The position numbers were made by a program, and so were the translations under genes. Under the pieces are notes generated by a model. It did not search any database, had not been told where the DNA came from, and saw only the letters and a list, made by a program, of their open reading frames with translations. From positions 1 through 36,649 of IMG/VR virus record IMGVR_UViG_3300025277_000060: a DNA stretch of 36,649 bases; one strand, given 5' to 3'. Positions 1-9,688 of this stretch are shown piece by piece. The stretch is from a virus (Duplodnaviria > Caudoviricetes). Position 1 is the stretch's first letter. Every line of letters begins with the position of its first letter.

Positions 1-487
1 GAATAAATATTTAGGTTCAGCTCATGCAACTAGTGTAGGAGCCATACGAGCAGGGAATGCATTTAGAGAATACGTCTATAATAAAGCTTTAGTAAGAGAT
101 TTTGGTCCTGCAGCTGGAGGATTAGGTCCTACAGTACAATTTAGAGCTTCAAGACAAGGTAGTACACTTCTTGTACCCGGCACTTTATCTGAAAAAGCTG
201 TAACGATACTTGATGGTCTTTATACAATTGCTGATGAAAGAGCAGGTGTACAACCTAAAAATACAGCTAATGAATACTTAGTAAATCAAGTTTCAGCTGA
301 AGAGGAAGGTGATAATATAGATCGTACTAAAAGGGTAACAGTTAGTGGAATAGACGGAATACCTGATGGTGATTATTCATACGCAGAACTTGAAGCTATA
401 AAAAAGAATACAAATGTAGATGATGTTCTTAAAATTGGTCAAATAGATGCCCTATTTAAAGAGTATACAAAGAAAAAGAAGGAATAA
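1..487 (+). CDS. 5'-truncated hypothetical protein, probably virion/internal protein
   Basis: Frame starting at nt 2 is open (NKYLGSAHATSVG...FKEYTKKKKE) to TAA 485-487; lies directly upstream of the large virion gene. Confidence 0.75.
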   Translation, partial: NKYLGSAHATSVGAIRAGNAFREYVYNKALVRDFGPAAGGLGPTVQFRASRQGSTLLVPGTLSEKAVTILDGLYTIADERAGVQPKNTANEYLVNQVSAEEEGDNIDRTKRVTVSGIDGIPDGDYSYAELEAIKKNTNVDDVLKIGQIDALFKEYTKKKKE

Positions 488-3400
488 TACATTGGCAGAT
501 CAACAAGTCATACTAAATAAAAAAAATCCAGTAGAAACTAATCCAGTTACAGAAGATGTAACAGATCCTAAGAAATACTTTATCCCTCCAGATAGTGAGC
601 CTGTTGTTGTAGATAGGACTTATGCCCATGTAACATCTGATGATGAACGAGAGCAAACAGAAATAGTTCCCTCTATAGCATCTGCAGCTGATATTCCTGT
701 ACATCCTGCAGCATTAGAACCCCCATTTGGGCACCGGACAAAACCTTCAGTAACTTGGGAAGAATATCAACAAAAAAAACTATTAGCAGTTAAAAAAGAT
801 CCTACTTTAGCAAAATACCGAGATTTACTTAGGTTAGAGGTATTAAAAGATGGTGATAAAGAAGTAGGAGTAATGTTTAAACAGTATAATGCAGAGGATG
901 AACTTGTAGATACTTTCACATTTCCTGCTGGATCGTATACATCTAAGCAAATAAATAGGTTATTTCATGATACTAAATCAAGAATGGAAAGAAAGGGTGT
1001 AACAACTTTAGGGGGAATGCCCGGAAGAAGAAGAACACTCGCAAGAAGAATAACAGAAAATCTTTATAGGCGTACAACAGAAGCCCCACTATGGGGAGCA
1101 ATTATGTACTCTTTAAGTGCAGGAAGAACAGCAACAATACCCGGTGCGATACTTCTAGCGTATAATTTAAGCCCTACTAGCTGGAAAGAAGCTTTTAATA
1201 TACCAGAAGGATTCCATGGAGAATTATATGAAACCGAAGAGGTAATACTCTGGATGGATAAAGTAGAACGAAATTGGAGGGATGGGCCAATAGGTGATCC
1301 AGATTTAGGCTTATTTGATAAATATGGAACATTAAAACCATTAACAGTAGATGAAGTAAACGAAAATTTAGACACTGTATCTCCAGATTGGGCAATAACA
1401 ACTTCAAATTTAGCTTTAGAACAACTGTTAACTGGTGGTGGATTTATTCTTGGTCTTAAAATGAATAGAGAATTTCTTAAAACTCTTACTGAACAAGCTG
1501 ATGATGTTGCTGTAGCATTTAAAAATAAACATGGAAGGGAACCAAATGTACTTGAAGCAGCAAAATTATTAGAATTAAGAGTTAAAGCAATAGCCCAGAC
1601 TTCTAAAGAAGGTAAAGATTGGGTATCAAAAAGAATACAAAATTTAGCAAATGTTAGAAATGATTTGGTTTTTGAATTTTCAAGAAAATTTGGTAAAAAT
1701 TTTACTGCATATGGAGTTACTGATGGGTCTTTTATTTTATCTTCTTATGGATTAGATAAAATGGCTGATGGAGGTTGGGATATTGGGGGTGGTTATAATA
1801 CTATGGGTGCTATTCTGACAAGTATAACTTCCGGTGGAGTTATAACAAATATAGGTATACCCCTTGTTAGAGGACTAGCTGAACCTACTATTACTGCAGC
1901 TACATTTCCCATTAGTTGGGTAGGTAAAATTAAAGATCCAAAAATAGTTCTTTCTAATGCAGCAAACAGAACCAGAAGAGAAGATCCAGATTTTATTATT
2001 AGTTTAGAAAATAAATTAAATAAAAATTTGCAAAGGGGACAAAAAAGAATTAAAGTTGAAGATGAACATATACTAAAAGAAATGATAGAAGTTAGAGCTA
2101 CAACAATAGCCGGAGGAGATCCAAAAAAAATACGACCATTGCACAGAGAAGAGGCAAGACGAGCAATAATAAAAGAAAATGAAGGGGGTATAGATGGGGA
2201 GAAGATTATTTCATGGCTACGAGGTGAAAACACGTTAGAAGGTTTGGGTTTACAAGGTAAACATAAAGAAATGGCTAGAGGATTTATTAAAAATTTTCAA
2301 CTCCTATCACCAGATTCACAAGTAGCATTAATTTCACACGTAAAAAGAGCTACTGTAGTTACTGATAAATTACTTGAACTGGGTATAAAAGATCCAGAAG
2401 CTGGTTTTGGTCTTCTATTTGGTTTAAATACTTTAAGAGCTGCAGAACCTGATATTCTTATGCAAGGATTAGCTAGATATGCAGGGAAAGATAAAAGTGG
2501 ATTTTGGAGAAAGAGTCTTTTTAAACAAGTAAGTCTAGAAGAATATTACCAAACTAAAATGGATTATACCAGACAGTTAGAAGATCAATATAAAAGAATA
2601 CTTATGGAAATGACTAAAAACCAAAATTTACGAAACAAAGGAGCTTTGGGATTTATACAAACAGATGTACAGGAGTACCTAGATGACATGGGTAGAATGA
2701 TAACAAAATTGGGTCAGGAAAATACAGCTTCAAAAAAATTACTGAAAAAAATAGGAAGCTTAACAATTGAAGATGGTAAAAATATAATAGATGATCCAAG
2801 ATTTCATGATAAAGTAGAACAATACATTAAAGCTATAAAAAAAATAGATCCAAATGCTGAAGAGGTATTTGCATTAGCTAAACAATTTGAAGCAAAAAAG
2901 ATACTTAGTGGAAAAAATCTAGTAAGAGCTATTCAGGAAGCAAAAACAGGTTCACAAAAAGAAGCAGCTACAGGTAGAGCAATTGCATTACCTATTATAA
3001 ACAAAATGAAAAATCTTAGAGATGAAAAAAATAGACTCTATGCATTAGCTAGAGAGCAAAGTGGATCCGTTCAAGTAGATAGTACCAGACTTTACGATGA
3101 CCTTACAGAAATGTTTGCCCTTCAAAGTAAAGCTAAAAAATTTAAAGAGAGCACAGATGATGTAGAATTAGATATTAGAGATGTATTTAATGCTACAGCA
3201 AATGCCTATTTTGTTAAGCTATCAAAAGAAATACCTGAAATGTCTTCAAAAAATGTTGATGAATTTATCAAAATATTTGCAAGAAAGAATGGTGATGGAG
3301 AACTACTTCCAAAGATTATGGGAGATTCTGCTTCAAAACTAAGATATATGATGGACAACAATGTATTAGCAGTTCCTGCTCATTTAAAACCTGCTTTTAC

Positions 3401-5069
3401 AATGGGTGTAGGTGATCTAAAAGATATGAGAATGGCATTAAATGCATTAGCTAACCGATCAAAAGGTGAAGGACAAACTACTACGCAAGCATTTAGAAGC
3501 CTTGGATTAGAGGATATAGTAAAAAGAGTAGATAGTGAATTGGATGATTTAGCATTAGCTGGAAAGTATGATTCTAAACTTTGGGATGAGGGTGATGCAG
3601 CAAACATGATATATCATGATGCTAAAGCTACAAGATTAATAAGGGATACTGTAGGAACGAGACATCGTTTCATGACTGATACAAAAGAGTGGTATTATAA
3701 AACACCAGTAGAAGAATGGGGAAATAAAATATTTAATAATCCTCTAAAAGCACAAAGTGTATACGATGATATAGAAAGAGTTTTTGGAAGTGATAAAAAG
3801 GCATACGATAACATAATAGAGGCTATAAATCAACATGCTCTTTCATTAATACAGCATGAAGCATTTGACTCAAAATTAGCAGCAATGGTACAAATAGGAA
3901 GGAAAGGAAAACTTATAGCAGATCCTGATAGGGAGTATGAAAAGGGTGCCCGATTTATAAAAGAAAAAATTAAAATGATTGAGGCACTTGAACTAGCCAG
4001 TGGTGGTAAATTTAATTTTAAGCATGCATATAATTTTAGTAAAAAACTAACTGACTTAGCAATGAAAGATAAAAGCATAATAAAAAAATTGAAAGAAGCA
4101 GATGTGAAGAGAGCCAAGTATCAAGACACATTTAATGATTTGTATATCAAAGATAAGGGATTATTTGTTAAAAGATTAGAAAAGCTAGGCATGGATATAG
4201 AAAAATGGACTGAAAATCCCCAAGCCTTTTTAACAGCATTTCAAAGTGGAAGCATTAAAAAGGCAAGAGACGCTTATAAAAGACAACATGCATGGCAGGG
4301 AAGAGGTAAAGCTGAAAAACAATTTGATGCTATGATACATTCCTTTTTTGTAGAGGGATTTACAAAAGCATTTACTGGAAGAACAGGTACAATACGAGTA
4401 GTATCAAAAAGTTTATCAGGCAAACCACAGCAGTTTGGTGGTGGTTTTGGGTCTAAAGGGGTACTAGATCAATTTGAAACCGATAAAATGCTGGATGGTC
4501 AAGCTGTTATAGACTTTTTAGCAGACAATGGTGATTTGATAAAAAAATACATACCAGATATTGAAATAGATAAATTACGTTATATAGTTGATGCAACAGC
4601 TATGAGACAAGTTGTACCAGCAACAGCAGGTGTAGAAAATATAACATCAGGTTTAACAAAACTTACAATTGGCTCTTATGTCAGTAGACTTTACGCTGTT
4701 TCTTCTGGTCGTACAGGTTTAACGTATGTTGGGGTAGAAGCATTAGTTGTACAACTACAACGACATGAAGTAGAGGTTATGGCTGCTCTTATGATGAATC
4801 CCCAAGCATCACGAGCAATTGCTAAAATAATAAGCTCAGGTAAACCAATACCTGCTACTATTGAAAGTTCAAAAGTTGCATGGCTTCCAGAATTGTTAGG
4901 ACAGATAGATGCTTTAATAGAAGAACAACTATTTGAACCTGTAGTTATAGAAGAAAGCACACTATTTGAACCTACAACTATGGCAAGCATGGAACCTACA
5001 AATCAACCAACATCAGAAGTAGCGATGTTAAATTCAATGCAACAAAATATAGGAGGGGCAAATGCCTGA
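447..5069 (+). CDS. Large putative internal virion / DNA-ejection protein (~1530-1540 aa)
   Basis: Very long, Lys/Glu-rich helical ORF with Gly-rich hydrophobic segments near the end of the structural module; function inferred from size and position. True start may be TTG 492 (AAGGA RBS upstream). Confidence 0.6.
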   Translation: MPYLKSIQRKRRNNTLADQQVILNKKNPVETNPVTEDVTDPKKYFIPPDSEPVVVDRTYAHVTSDDEREQTEIVPSIASAADIPVHPAALEPPFGHRTKPSVTWEEYQQKKLLAVKKDPTLAKYRDLLRLEVLKDGDKEVGVMFKQYNAEDELVDTFTFPAGSYTSKQINRLFHDTKSRMERKGVTTLGGMPGRRRTLARRITENLYRRTTEAPLWGAIMYSLSAGRTATIPGAILLAYNLSPTSWKEAFNIPEGFHGELYETEEVILWMDKVERNWRDGPIGDPDLGLFDKYGTLKPLTVDEVNENLDTVSPDWAITTSNLALEQLLTGGGFILGLKMNREFLKTLTEQADDVAVAFKNKHGREPNVLEAAKLLELRVKAIAQTSKEGKDWVSKRIQNLANVRNDLVFEFSRKFGKNFTAYGVTDGSFILSSYGLDKMADGGWDIGGGYNTMGAILTSITSGGVITNIGIPLVRGLAEPTITAATFPISWVGKIKDPKIVLSNAANRTRREDPDFIISLENKLNKNLQRGQKRIKVEDEHILKEMIEVRATTIAGGDPKKIRPLHREEARRAIIKENEGGIDGEKIISWLRGENTLEGLGLQGKHKEMARGFIKNFQLLSPDSQVALISHVKRATVVTDKLLELGIKDPEAGFGLLFGLNTLRAAEPDILMQGLARYAGKDKSGFWRKSLFKQVSLEEYYQTKMDYTRQLEDQYKRILMEMTKNQNLRNKGALGFIQTDVQEYLDDMGRMITKLGQENTASKKLLKKIGSLTIEDGKNIIDDPRFHDKVEQYIKAIKKIDPNAEEVFALAKQFEAKKILSGKNLVRAIQEAKTGSQKEAATGRAIALPIINKMKNLRDEKNRLYALAREQSGSVQVDSTRLYDDLTEMFALQSKAKKFKESTDDVELDIRDVFNATANAYFVKLSKEIPEMSSKNVDEFIKIFARKNGDGELLPKIMGDSASKLRYMMDNNVLAVPAHLKPAFTMGVGDLKDMRMALNALANRSKGEGQTTTQAFRSLGLEDIVKRVDSELDDLALAGKYDSKLWDEGDAANMIYHDAKATRLIRDTVGTRHRFMTDTKEWYYKTPVEEWGNKIFNNPLKAQSVYDDIERVFGSDKKAYDNIIEAINQHALSLIQHEAFDSKLAAMVQIGRKGKLIADPDREYEKGARFIKEKIKMIEALELASGGKFNFKHAYNFSKKLTDLAMKDKSIIKKLKEADVKRAKYQDTFNDLYIKDKGLFVKRLEKLGMDIEKWTENPQAFLTAFQSGSIKKARDAYKRQHAWQGRGKAEKQFDAMIHSFFVEGFTKAFTGRTGTIRVVSKSLSGKPQQFGGGFGSKGVLDQFETDKMLDGQAVIDFLADNGDLIKKYIPDIEIDKLRYIVDATAMRQVVPATAGVENITSGLTKLTIGSYVSRLYAVSSGRTGLTYVGVEALVVQLQRHEVEVMAALMMNPQASRAIAKIISSGKPIPATIESSKVAWLPELLGQIDALIEEQLFEPVVIEESTLFEPTTMASMEPTNQPTSEVAMLNSMQQNIGGANA

Positions 5070-5283
5070 ACAAGAAAAAATAACAGGAAGGTCTGATATG
5101 TCAGCAAACCCAGACAAAACTTCCTACACACCAAAAAAAGTACAACCACCAACACCTATGACGGATGCTGTAGAGTTATCCAATGTAGAACCGATGGGTG
5201 AAAAGAAATACCCCAATATAAAACAAATGAAATATGGTGGTACAGTTGTTTATAATAATGGACCAAGAAAGGTGAGGACATAG
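5062..5283 (+). CDS. Small hypothetical protein with C-terminal KYGGTV/YNNGPRK motif
   Basis: GGAGG RBS, overlaps the previous stop, motif shared with other late small proteins. Confidence 0.75.
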   Translation: MPEQEKITGRSDMSANPDKTSYTPKKVQPPTPMTDAVELSNVEPMGEKKYPNIKQMKYGGTVVYNNGPRKVRT

Positions 5284-5285
5284 CT

Positions 5286-6074
5286 ATGGCAAGGATTCAA
5301 TCAGAAAGATTAAGAGGAAAAAAACCTCCTGCAATAGATTATAAAATAGGCAACGGAGGTATACGAGATTTATTTAAGTATATATTCGGAGGTCAAGAAG
5401 TTCGTGATTCTATGAAAATTGTAAAAACATTTCGTGGTAAGAAAACAGTTATAAAAGATGTTATGCATAAAAATGTTATTGCAGATAGTCTTACAGAAAC
5501 AATAAATAATTCTAATCAAGTTAGTAGAATGGCAGGAGAAAGAGCAAGCCAAATACAAACAGACATGTTAAAAGCTATGGAACATGATTCAAGAAGACTT
5601 ACAGCATCTGATGCAACAAATCAATTAAGAGAAGCAGCTACGTATCCTCCGGGCTATACAGACACGCTTGCAGACACGCTTGATACAAGACCTGATCCTA
5701 TACAAAAGAAACCATTCATACGAGCAGTGGACTATAGAGCTTATGAACCACGAGGGAAGGGGCTCCACACTCTTCCTGAAAAACCAGTTAAAGATCCATC
5801 AGTACCTACAATAAGTGCAGCAGGACCTACTAAAATGCGACCAATGAGAGGGTACTCTCCATTAGGAATGGCAGGTGAAACTAATATAGTAGACCGATCA
5901 AGACTTGGAAGAGGTGCACCTGAATCCTACGCAAGAGATCCAATAATTAGAGTTGAAGATGAGAGAAATTTCTTTGGTGAAGGTCAGGTTGGATTTAACT
6001 ACGGTGGAAAAGTAAAAACAAAAAGAAAGAAAAGACTATACAAAGGTGGTAAAGTAACTTCTTACAACTATTAA
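5286..6074 (+). CDS. Hypothetical late protein with C-terminal YGGKV/YKGGKV repeats
   Basis: 262-aa ORF, GAGG RBS, basic C-terminal GGKV motifs. Confidence 0.8.
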   Translation: MARIQSERLRGKKPPAIDYKIGNGGIRDLFKYIFGGQEVRDSMKIVKTFRGKKTVIKDVMHKNVIADSLTETINNSNQVSRMAGERASQIQTDMLKAMEHDSRRLTASDATNQLREAATYPPGYTDTLADTLDTRPDPIQKKPFIRAVDYRAYEPRGKGLHTLPEKPVKDPSVPTISAAGPTKMRPMRGYSPLGMAGETNIVDRSRLGRGAPESYARDPIIRVEDERNFFGEGQVGFNYGGKVKTKRKKRLYKGGKVTSYNY

Positions 6075-6289
6075 GTTTTACAAAGCTTACCTACATCTTT
6101 CTCTATAGCATGGCCCACTCCTTTAAGATAGTCAACAATAGAACCTAACACATGTGTATTAGGATAATCTTTCCTCCAGCCATCTAAAGCTGTAATAAGG
6201 TTATCCCGTTCTATATAATTAAACTCCGTTATTACTTGACCACTTGAATTTAAACTAACTTGTAATTCAAATAATTTTGCCTCAACCAT
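6071..6289 (-). CDS. Hypothetical protein, last gene of the replication operon
   Basis: GGAGG RBS just after the RNR stop; 72 aa. Confidence 0.75.
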   Translation of the reverse strand: MVEAKLFELQVSLNSSGQVITEFNYIERDNLITALDGWRKDYPNTHVLGSIVDYLKGVGHAIEKDVGKLCKT

Positions 6290-6297
6290 AAATCCTC

Positions 6298-8238
6298 CTA
6301 TATATCAACCAATTCACACACTCCGGCTGTACAGGCTAGTTCTTGTGATCCTTTAGTATTATCTTCTTTTTCATATTCTTGTAACTTTTGCCAATCTATA
6401 TCGGTTGGCATTTTTTTTGACAATTTCTTGTACTCCTCTTCTTTTATATCTTGATATGGTGCTTGTTTATAAGTATGATCGGAATGTGGTAAAAAAGATA
6501 CCCCACTCAGATGTTCAAAATTATTCCAACACCAAGACCCTACATTAACCCACTCATGTTCACGCACTGAAATAGTAACAGACGGTTTATGCTCACACCA
6601 ATGTTCAGCGTAAACCCTCCAAAGTTCTAATTGATTAATAGCTGATATATCATTCCTGCACACTGCTTGATTAGGTGCTTTCATAGGAAAAGAAAACACA
6701 GTAGTATGATCAGGTTTAAGATAATCCGGCTCATTAGGTATACCAGATGCAATCATGAACTGCGTAAGAGGATCTTTATTATCCCCCCTTACTGTTCTGA
6801 CATAGAAAGGATTATGCCTTGCATGAATGCCACTGGAACTATCAACTAACTGACTGACAGTACCTGATGGTTTCACACAAGTGATAGCAGTAGATTGTGG
6901 TATACCTAATTTACCAGACCACTCTTTATTGGTTTGTACAGCAACTGATCGCAAAGTGTTCAGGTTATCAATTAACTTCTTTCTTGAATTTTCTACCCAA
7001 GGTAAAGCAAGGTAGTTATCTAATATACCTGTAAGTGATACACCAAGTAATCTCTCCTCTTCTGTATTATTTTGCCATCTTTTACGCAAATAACCAAAGT
7101 TGGTGAAGGTAGCCTGTATAGTGCCTAGTATAGTAGCGATCTTTACTTTTCTTTTTAGTGTATCCACTGTATCACCTGCACGTACTACAACTTCCGTAAG
7201 ATTACAGAACTGATTTGGTCTTAATATAATTTCTGAACAAGGATTTGTTCCAAATTCTACATCGGCATCTCTTCTACCATTCTGTCTAGCTTTCTCTTGT
7301 GCTGATGCTCTGTTAAATATTCCCCTTTCCCCAGATTTGCTTTCATAAAGGGATAACCACTCTTTCATAAATGTTCCCGTATCCGGTCTGTCTGTATAAA
7401 CAGCAGAATTATTAGCTAATGCCCGTTCCGGATTTGTAGTCCACCACTCTCCCTTTTTAGCTGAACGTATTCTATCATCAGATAAATTAGACAAAGATAT
7501 AAGAGCTGATCTACGAACACCACCAACAACAACTACCTCTCCTGTTTTACAAACTATATCATGGCATTCCATAGATGTAAGTTTTCTTCCTTTTGCATTC
7601 TTAAACTTTTCTATAGTAAAATCAAATAAATCTACTAAAGGTTGTGGGCCACTAGCCCTTCCACCAAATGTTTTAAGTCTGGAACCTGCAGGTCTAACTT
7701 TTGATACATTTACTTTAGGGATGCGAGAAGTATAGAGGTAAGATATTAAATCCCTAAATGCTCTTGCCCACCCTTCTTTAGAATCAGCTACAGCTATAAC
7801 ATCATCCGTCTGTTCAAATTCTCTATTGGGAACAGTGGGCAATCCACTAACGTACTGTCTTTCCACAGAAAATCCCACACCTGTGCCATTCATTAAAACA
7901 TACAAAACTTCATCAAATGCTTTTGGATTATCTATCGGTATATACGAACAGTTATAGCTTGCTACATTTTCCCTTTCCAATGCTTTCCCTGAAGTCATCA
8001 AAGCCCTCATACTTGGCATAACTTCAAGGGATAGTATAGATTCTTCTAGCATTGTCCATGTATTGGAAGGAACTTTTGCTTCAATGTTTTCCTGTACATG
8101 ATATTTAAAAAAGGTTACAAGTCGGTTAACCGTTTCAGACCACGTTTCTCTACTTCCTTTTTCCTCCAGCCATCTTGAATACCTTGATAGATGTATAAAT
8201 GACTGATAGCTTGTAGGTAAATAATTTCCAGCTACCAC
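6298..8238 (-). CDS. nrdJ: Class II (adenosylcobalamin-dependent) ribonucleotide reductase
   Basis: YSRW...RETW, MPSMR, YNCSY, GGVRRSA, catalytic GTNPCSEI, TCVKPSGTVS and C-terminal CTAGVC motifs; no beta subunit in the window. Confidence 0.95.
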   Translation of the reverse strand: MVAGNYLPTSYQSFIHLSRYSRWLEEKGSRETWSETVNRLVTFFKYHVQENIEAKVPSNTWTMLEESILSLEVMPSMRALMTSGKALERENVASYNCSYIPIDNPKAFDEVLYVLMNGTGVGFSVERQYVSGLPTVPNREFEQTDDVIAVADSKEGWARAFRDLISYLYTSRIPKVNVSKVRPAGSRLKTFGGRASGPQPLVDLFDFTIEKFKNAKGRKLTSMECHDIVCKTGEVVVVGGVRRSALISLSNLSDDRIRSAKKGEWWTTNPERALANNSAVYTDRPDTGTFMKEWLSLYESKSGERGIFNRASAQEKARQNGRRDADVEFGTNPCSEIILRPNQFCNLTEVVVRAGDTVDTLKRKVKIATILGTIQATFTNFGYLRKRWQNNTEEERLLGVSLTGILDNYLALPWVENSRKKLIDNLNTLRSVAVQTNKEWSGKLGIPQSTAITCVKPSGTVSQLVDSSSGIHARHNPFYVRTVRGDNKDPLTQFMIASGIPNEPDYLKPDHTTVFSFPMKAPNQAVCRNDISAINQLELWRVYAEHWCEHKPSVTISVREHEWVNVGSWCWNNFEHLSGVSFLPHSDHTYKQAPYQDIKEEEYKKLSKKMPTDIDWQKLQEYEKEDNTKGSQELACTAGVCELVDI

Positions 8239-8522
8239 TATTTATCTCCATATTCTAATTCTAATATCAATTCAGCATAATGTATAACCTTTTTTATATC
8301 TTCTGCACCATTTTTTAATCTATGGCGAGAAATATATTTTACTATATTTCCTTCACAGAAGTCAAGTTTATTTTTTGCAATGTACTCTATAGGCATAATT
8401 TTAAAATGCCTGTAGTGATCTCCACCAATTTGTTTTTCACTAGCTATCATTTCTTCTTCAGCTGTCATTCTTGCCATGTATTTTTCATGGGGCTCATGTA
8501 CCCTTTTCATTATCATCTCCAA
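8238..8522 (-). CDS. DUF3310 family protein (T7 gp1.7-like nucleotide kinase)
   Basis: QIGGDHY...FCEGNIVKYISR...KNGAEDIKK..HY signature; start may be further downstream. Confidence 0.8.
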   Translation of the reverse strand: MEMIMKRVHEPHEKYMARMTAEEEMIASEKQIGGDHYRHFKIMPIEYIAKNKLDFCEGNIVKYISRHRLKNGAEDIKKVIHYAELILELEYGDK

Positions 8523-8847
8523 ACAAATAGGTAATATTATCTACATTTTTAGGTTGTCTCTCTTTTTTTCTTGCTATTAAATCATCTATAATAGGAACAT
8601 CTATAGTATTTTTTAATTCTTCTAGTATAACACTTTGACCCCGTTCCTTTAATACATCCATATCATTAGCTAGATAAGATAAGATACCCCTTACAAGAGC
8701 ATAACATAGATCTACATAATTTCTTCCCACTGTATGTGTATCAAAAATACCTAAATCTACACCATCTTTGCCACTAGGTCTAATTAGCAGTACATACATA
8801 TCTTTAGGTAAACCCTCTTTATATTTTAGTAATTCTTCACTATTCAT
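8494..8847 (-). CDS. Hypothetical protein
   Basis: ORF-track frame trimmed to ATG 8847 (MNSEELL...), which overlaps the endonuclease stop. Confidence 0.7.
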   Translation of the reverse strand: MNSEELLKYKEGLPKDMYVLLIRPSGKDGVDLGIFDTHTVGRNYVDLCYALVRGILSYLANDMDVLKERGQSVILEELKNTIDVPIIDDLIARKKERQPKNVDNITYLFGDDNEKGT

Positions 8848-9205
8848 CCATCCATTCCTGTGGCAAAAATCCTTGACACCATTTAAAACCATGACGTTCA
8901 CACCAGCCTGCATAAGTTGTTTTAGATCCTTTATACAGCTTATTGTTTGCATTCATGAATAGAAAACGTATATCTAATTCAGGATGTTGTTTTTTTATCA
9001 ACAGATGCTTTCCTCTATCTGCTGTCGTAAGCCTTCCTTTTGCTTCTATAAGAAACTTTTCTAAAGCAAAGTCAGGAATATAAGTAGAATGCCTAACATA
9101 ATCTATTTTCTCCGATTCGTATTTAAATTTTATTTTATATTTATTTAAAGCTACAGCAATGCCAAGCTCAAAATCCGATCTGTATCCATGACTGCGTAGT
9201 ACCAT
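8840..9205 (-). CDS. T7 gp3-like endonuclease I / Holliday junction resolvase
   Basis: YRSDFE, YIPDF, IEAKG, HPELDIRFLF and TTYAGWC motifs. Confidence 0.9.
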   Translation of the reverse strand: MVLRSHGYRSDFELGIAVALNKYKIKFKYESEKIDYVRHSTYIPDFALEKFLIEAKGRLTTADRGKHLLIKKQHPELDIRFLFMNANNKLYKGSKTTYAGWCERHGFKWCQGFLPQEWMDE

Positions 9206-9215
9206 GTACTTCCCC

Positions 9216-9296
9216 TCATAAAATAACCATCATAAAAAAACTAATCATAGCTATTATTACTAATATATACCCAGCAATTAACAAATCTCTATGCAT
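9216..9296 (-). CDS. 26-aa single-pass membrane peptide (MHRDLLIAGYILVIIAMISFFMMVIL)
   Basis: ATG coupled to the upstream stop (TAATG); fills the intergenic gap; hydrophobic. Confidence 0.55.
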   Translation of the reverse strand: MHRDLLIAGYILVIIAMISFFMMVIL

Positions 9297-9688
9297 TACA
9301 GTTTCGGTAAATTTCTAGATATTATATCTTCAAATTTTTCATTAAAGTATTTAAAAGTTTTTGGTGCACTTTCTTTTAAAATACTTCTCAATTCTACCAT
9401 ACCTGTCCAATGCAAAACAACAAGACCACCTCTTTTTTTTGCATGTACAGCAAGTTCTCCTAAATCATAATCTATTTTTTCTAAATGTTCTTCAAACCTA
9501 TCATCTTTCCATGGTTCATCTAAATCAAAAGTAGTTGTCATTCTTATAGGTAATCCACTTGGACTATTTCGTAATTCTTTAACTATACTATCCCCACCAA
9601 ATTTTTTATCACATTCAGGATAGCCAAAGTAAGTTTCACTGTTTAGGTATCCGTCACCAATAGTTACTTCTGTAGATAAGTAAATCAT
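9296..9688 (-). CDS. Hypothetical protein
   Basis: 130-aa ORF with ATGA overlap and GGAGG RBS inside the replication operon. Confidence 0.75.
   Translation of the reverse strand: MIYLSTEVTIGDGYLNSETYFGYPECDKKFGGDSIVKELRNSPSGLPIRMTTTFDLDEPWKDDRFEEHLEKIDYDLGELAVHAKKRGGLVVLHWTGMVELRSILKESAPKTFKYFNEKFEDIISRNLPKL

Noticed and set aside
5659-5682. Tandem 12-bp repeat CAGACACGCTTG x2 (also LFEP repeats near 4930-4975)
   Set aside because: Short in-frame duplications in low-complexity protein regions with no wider pattern
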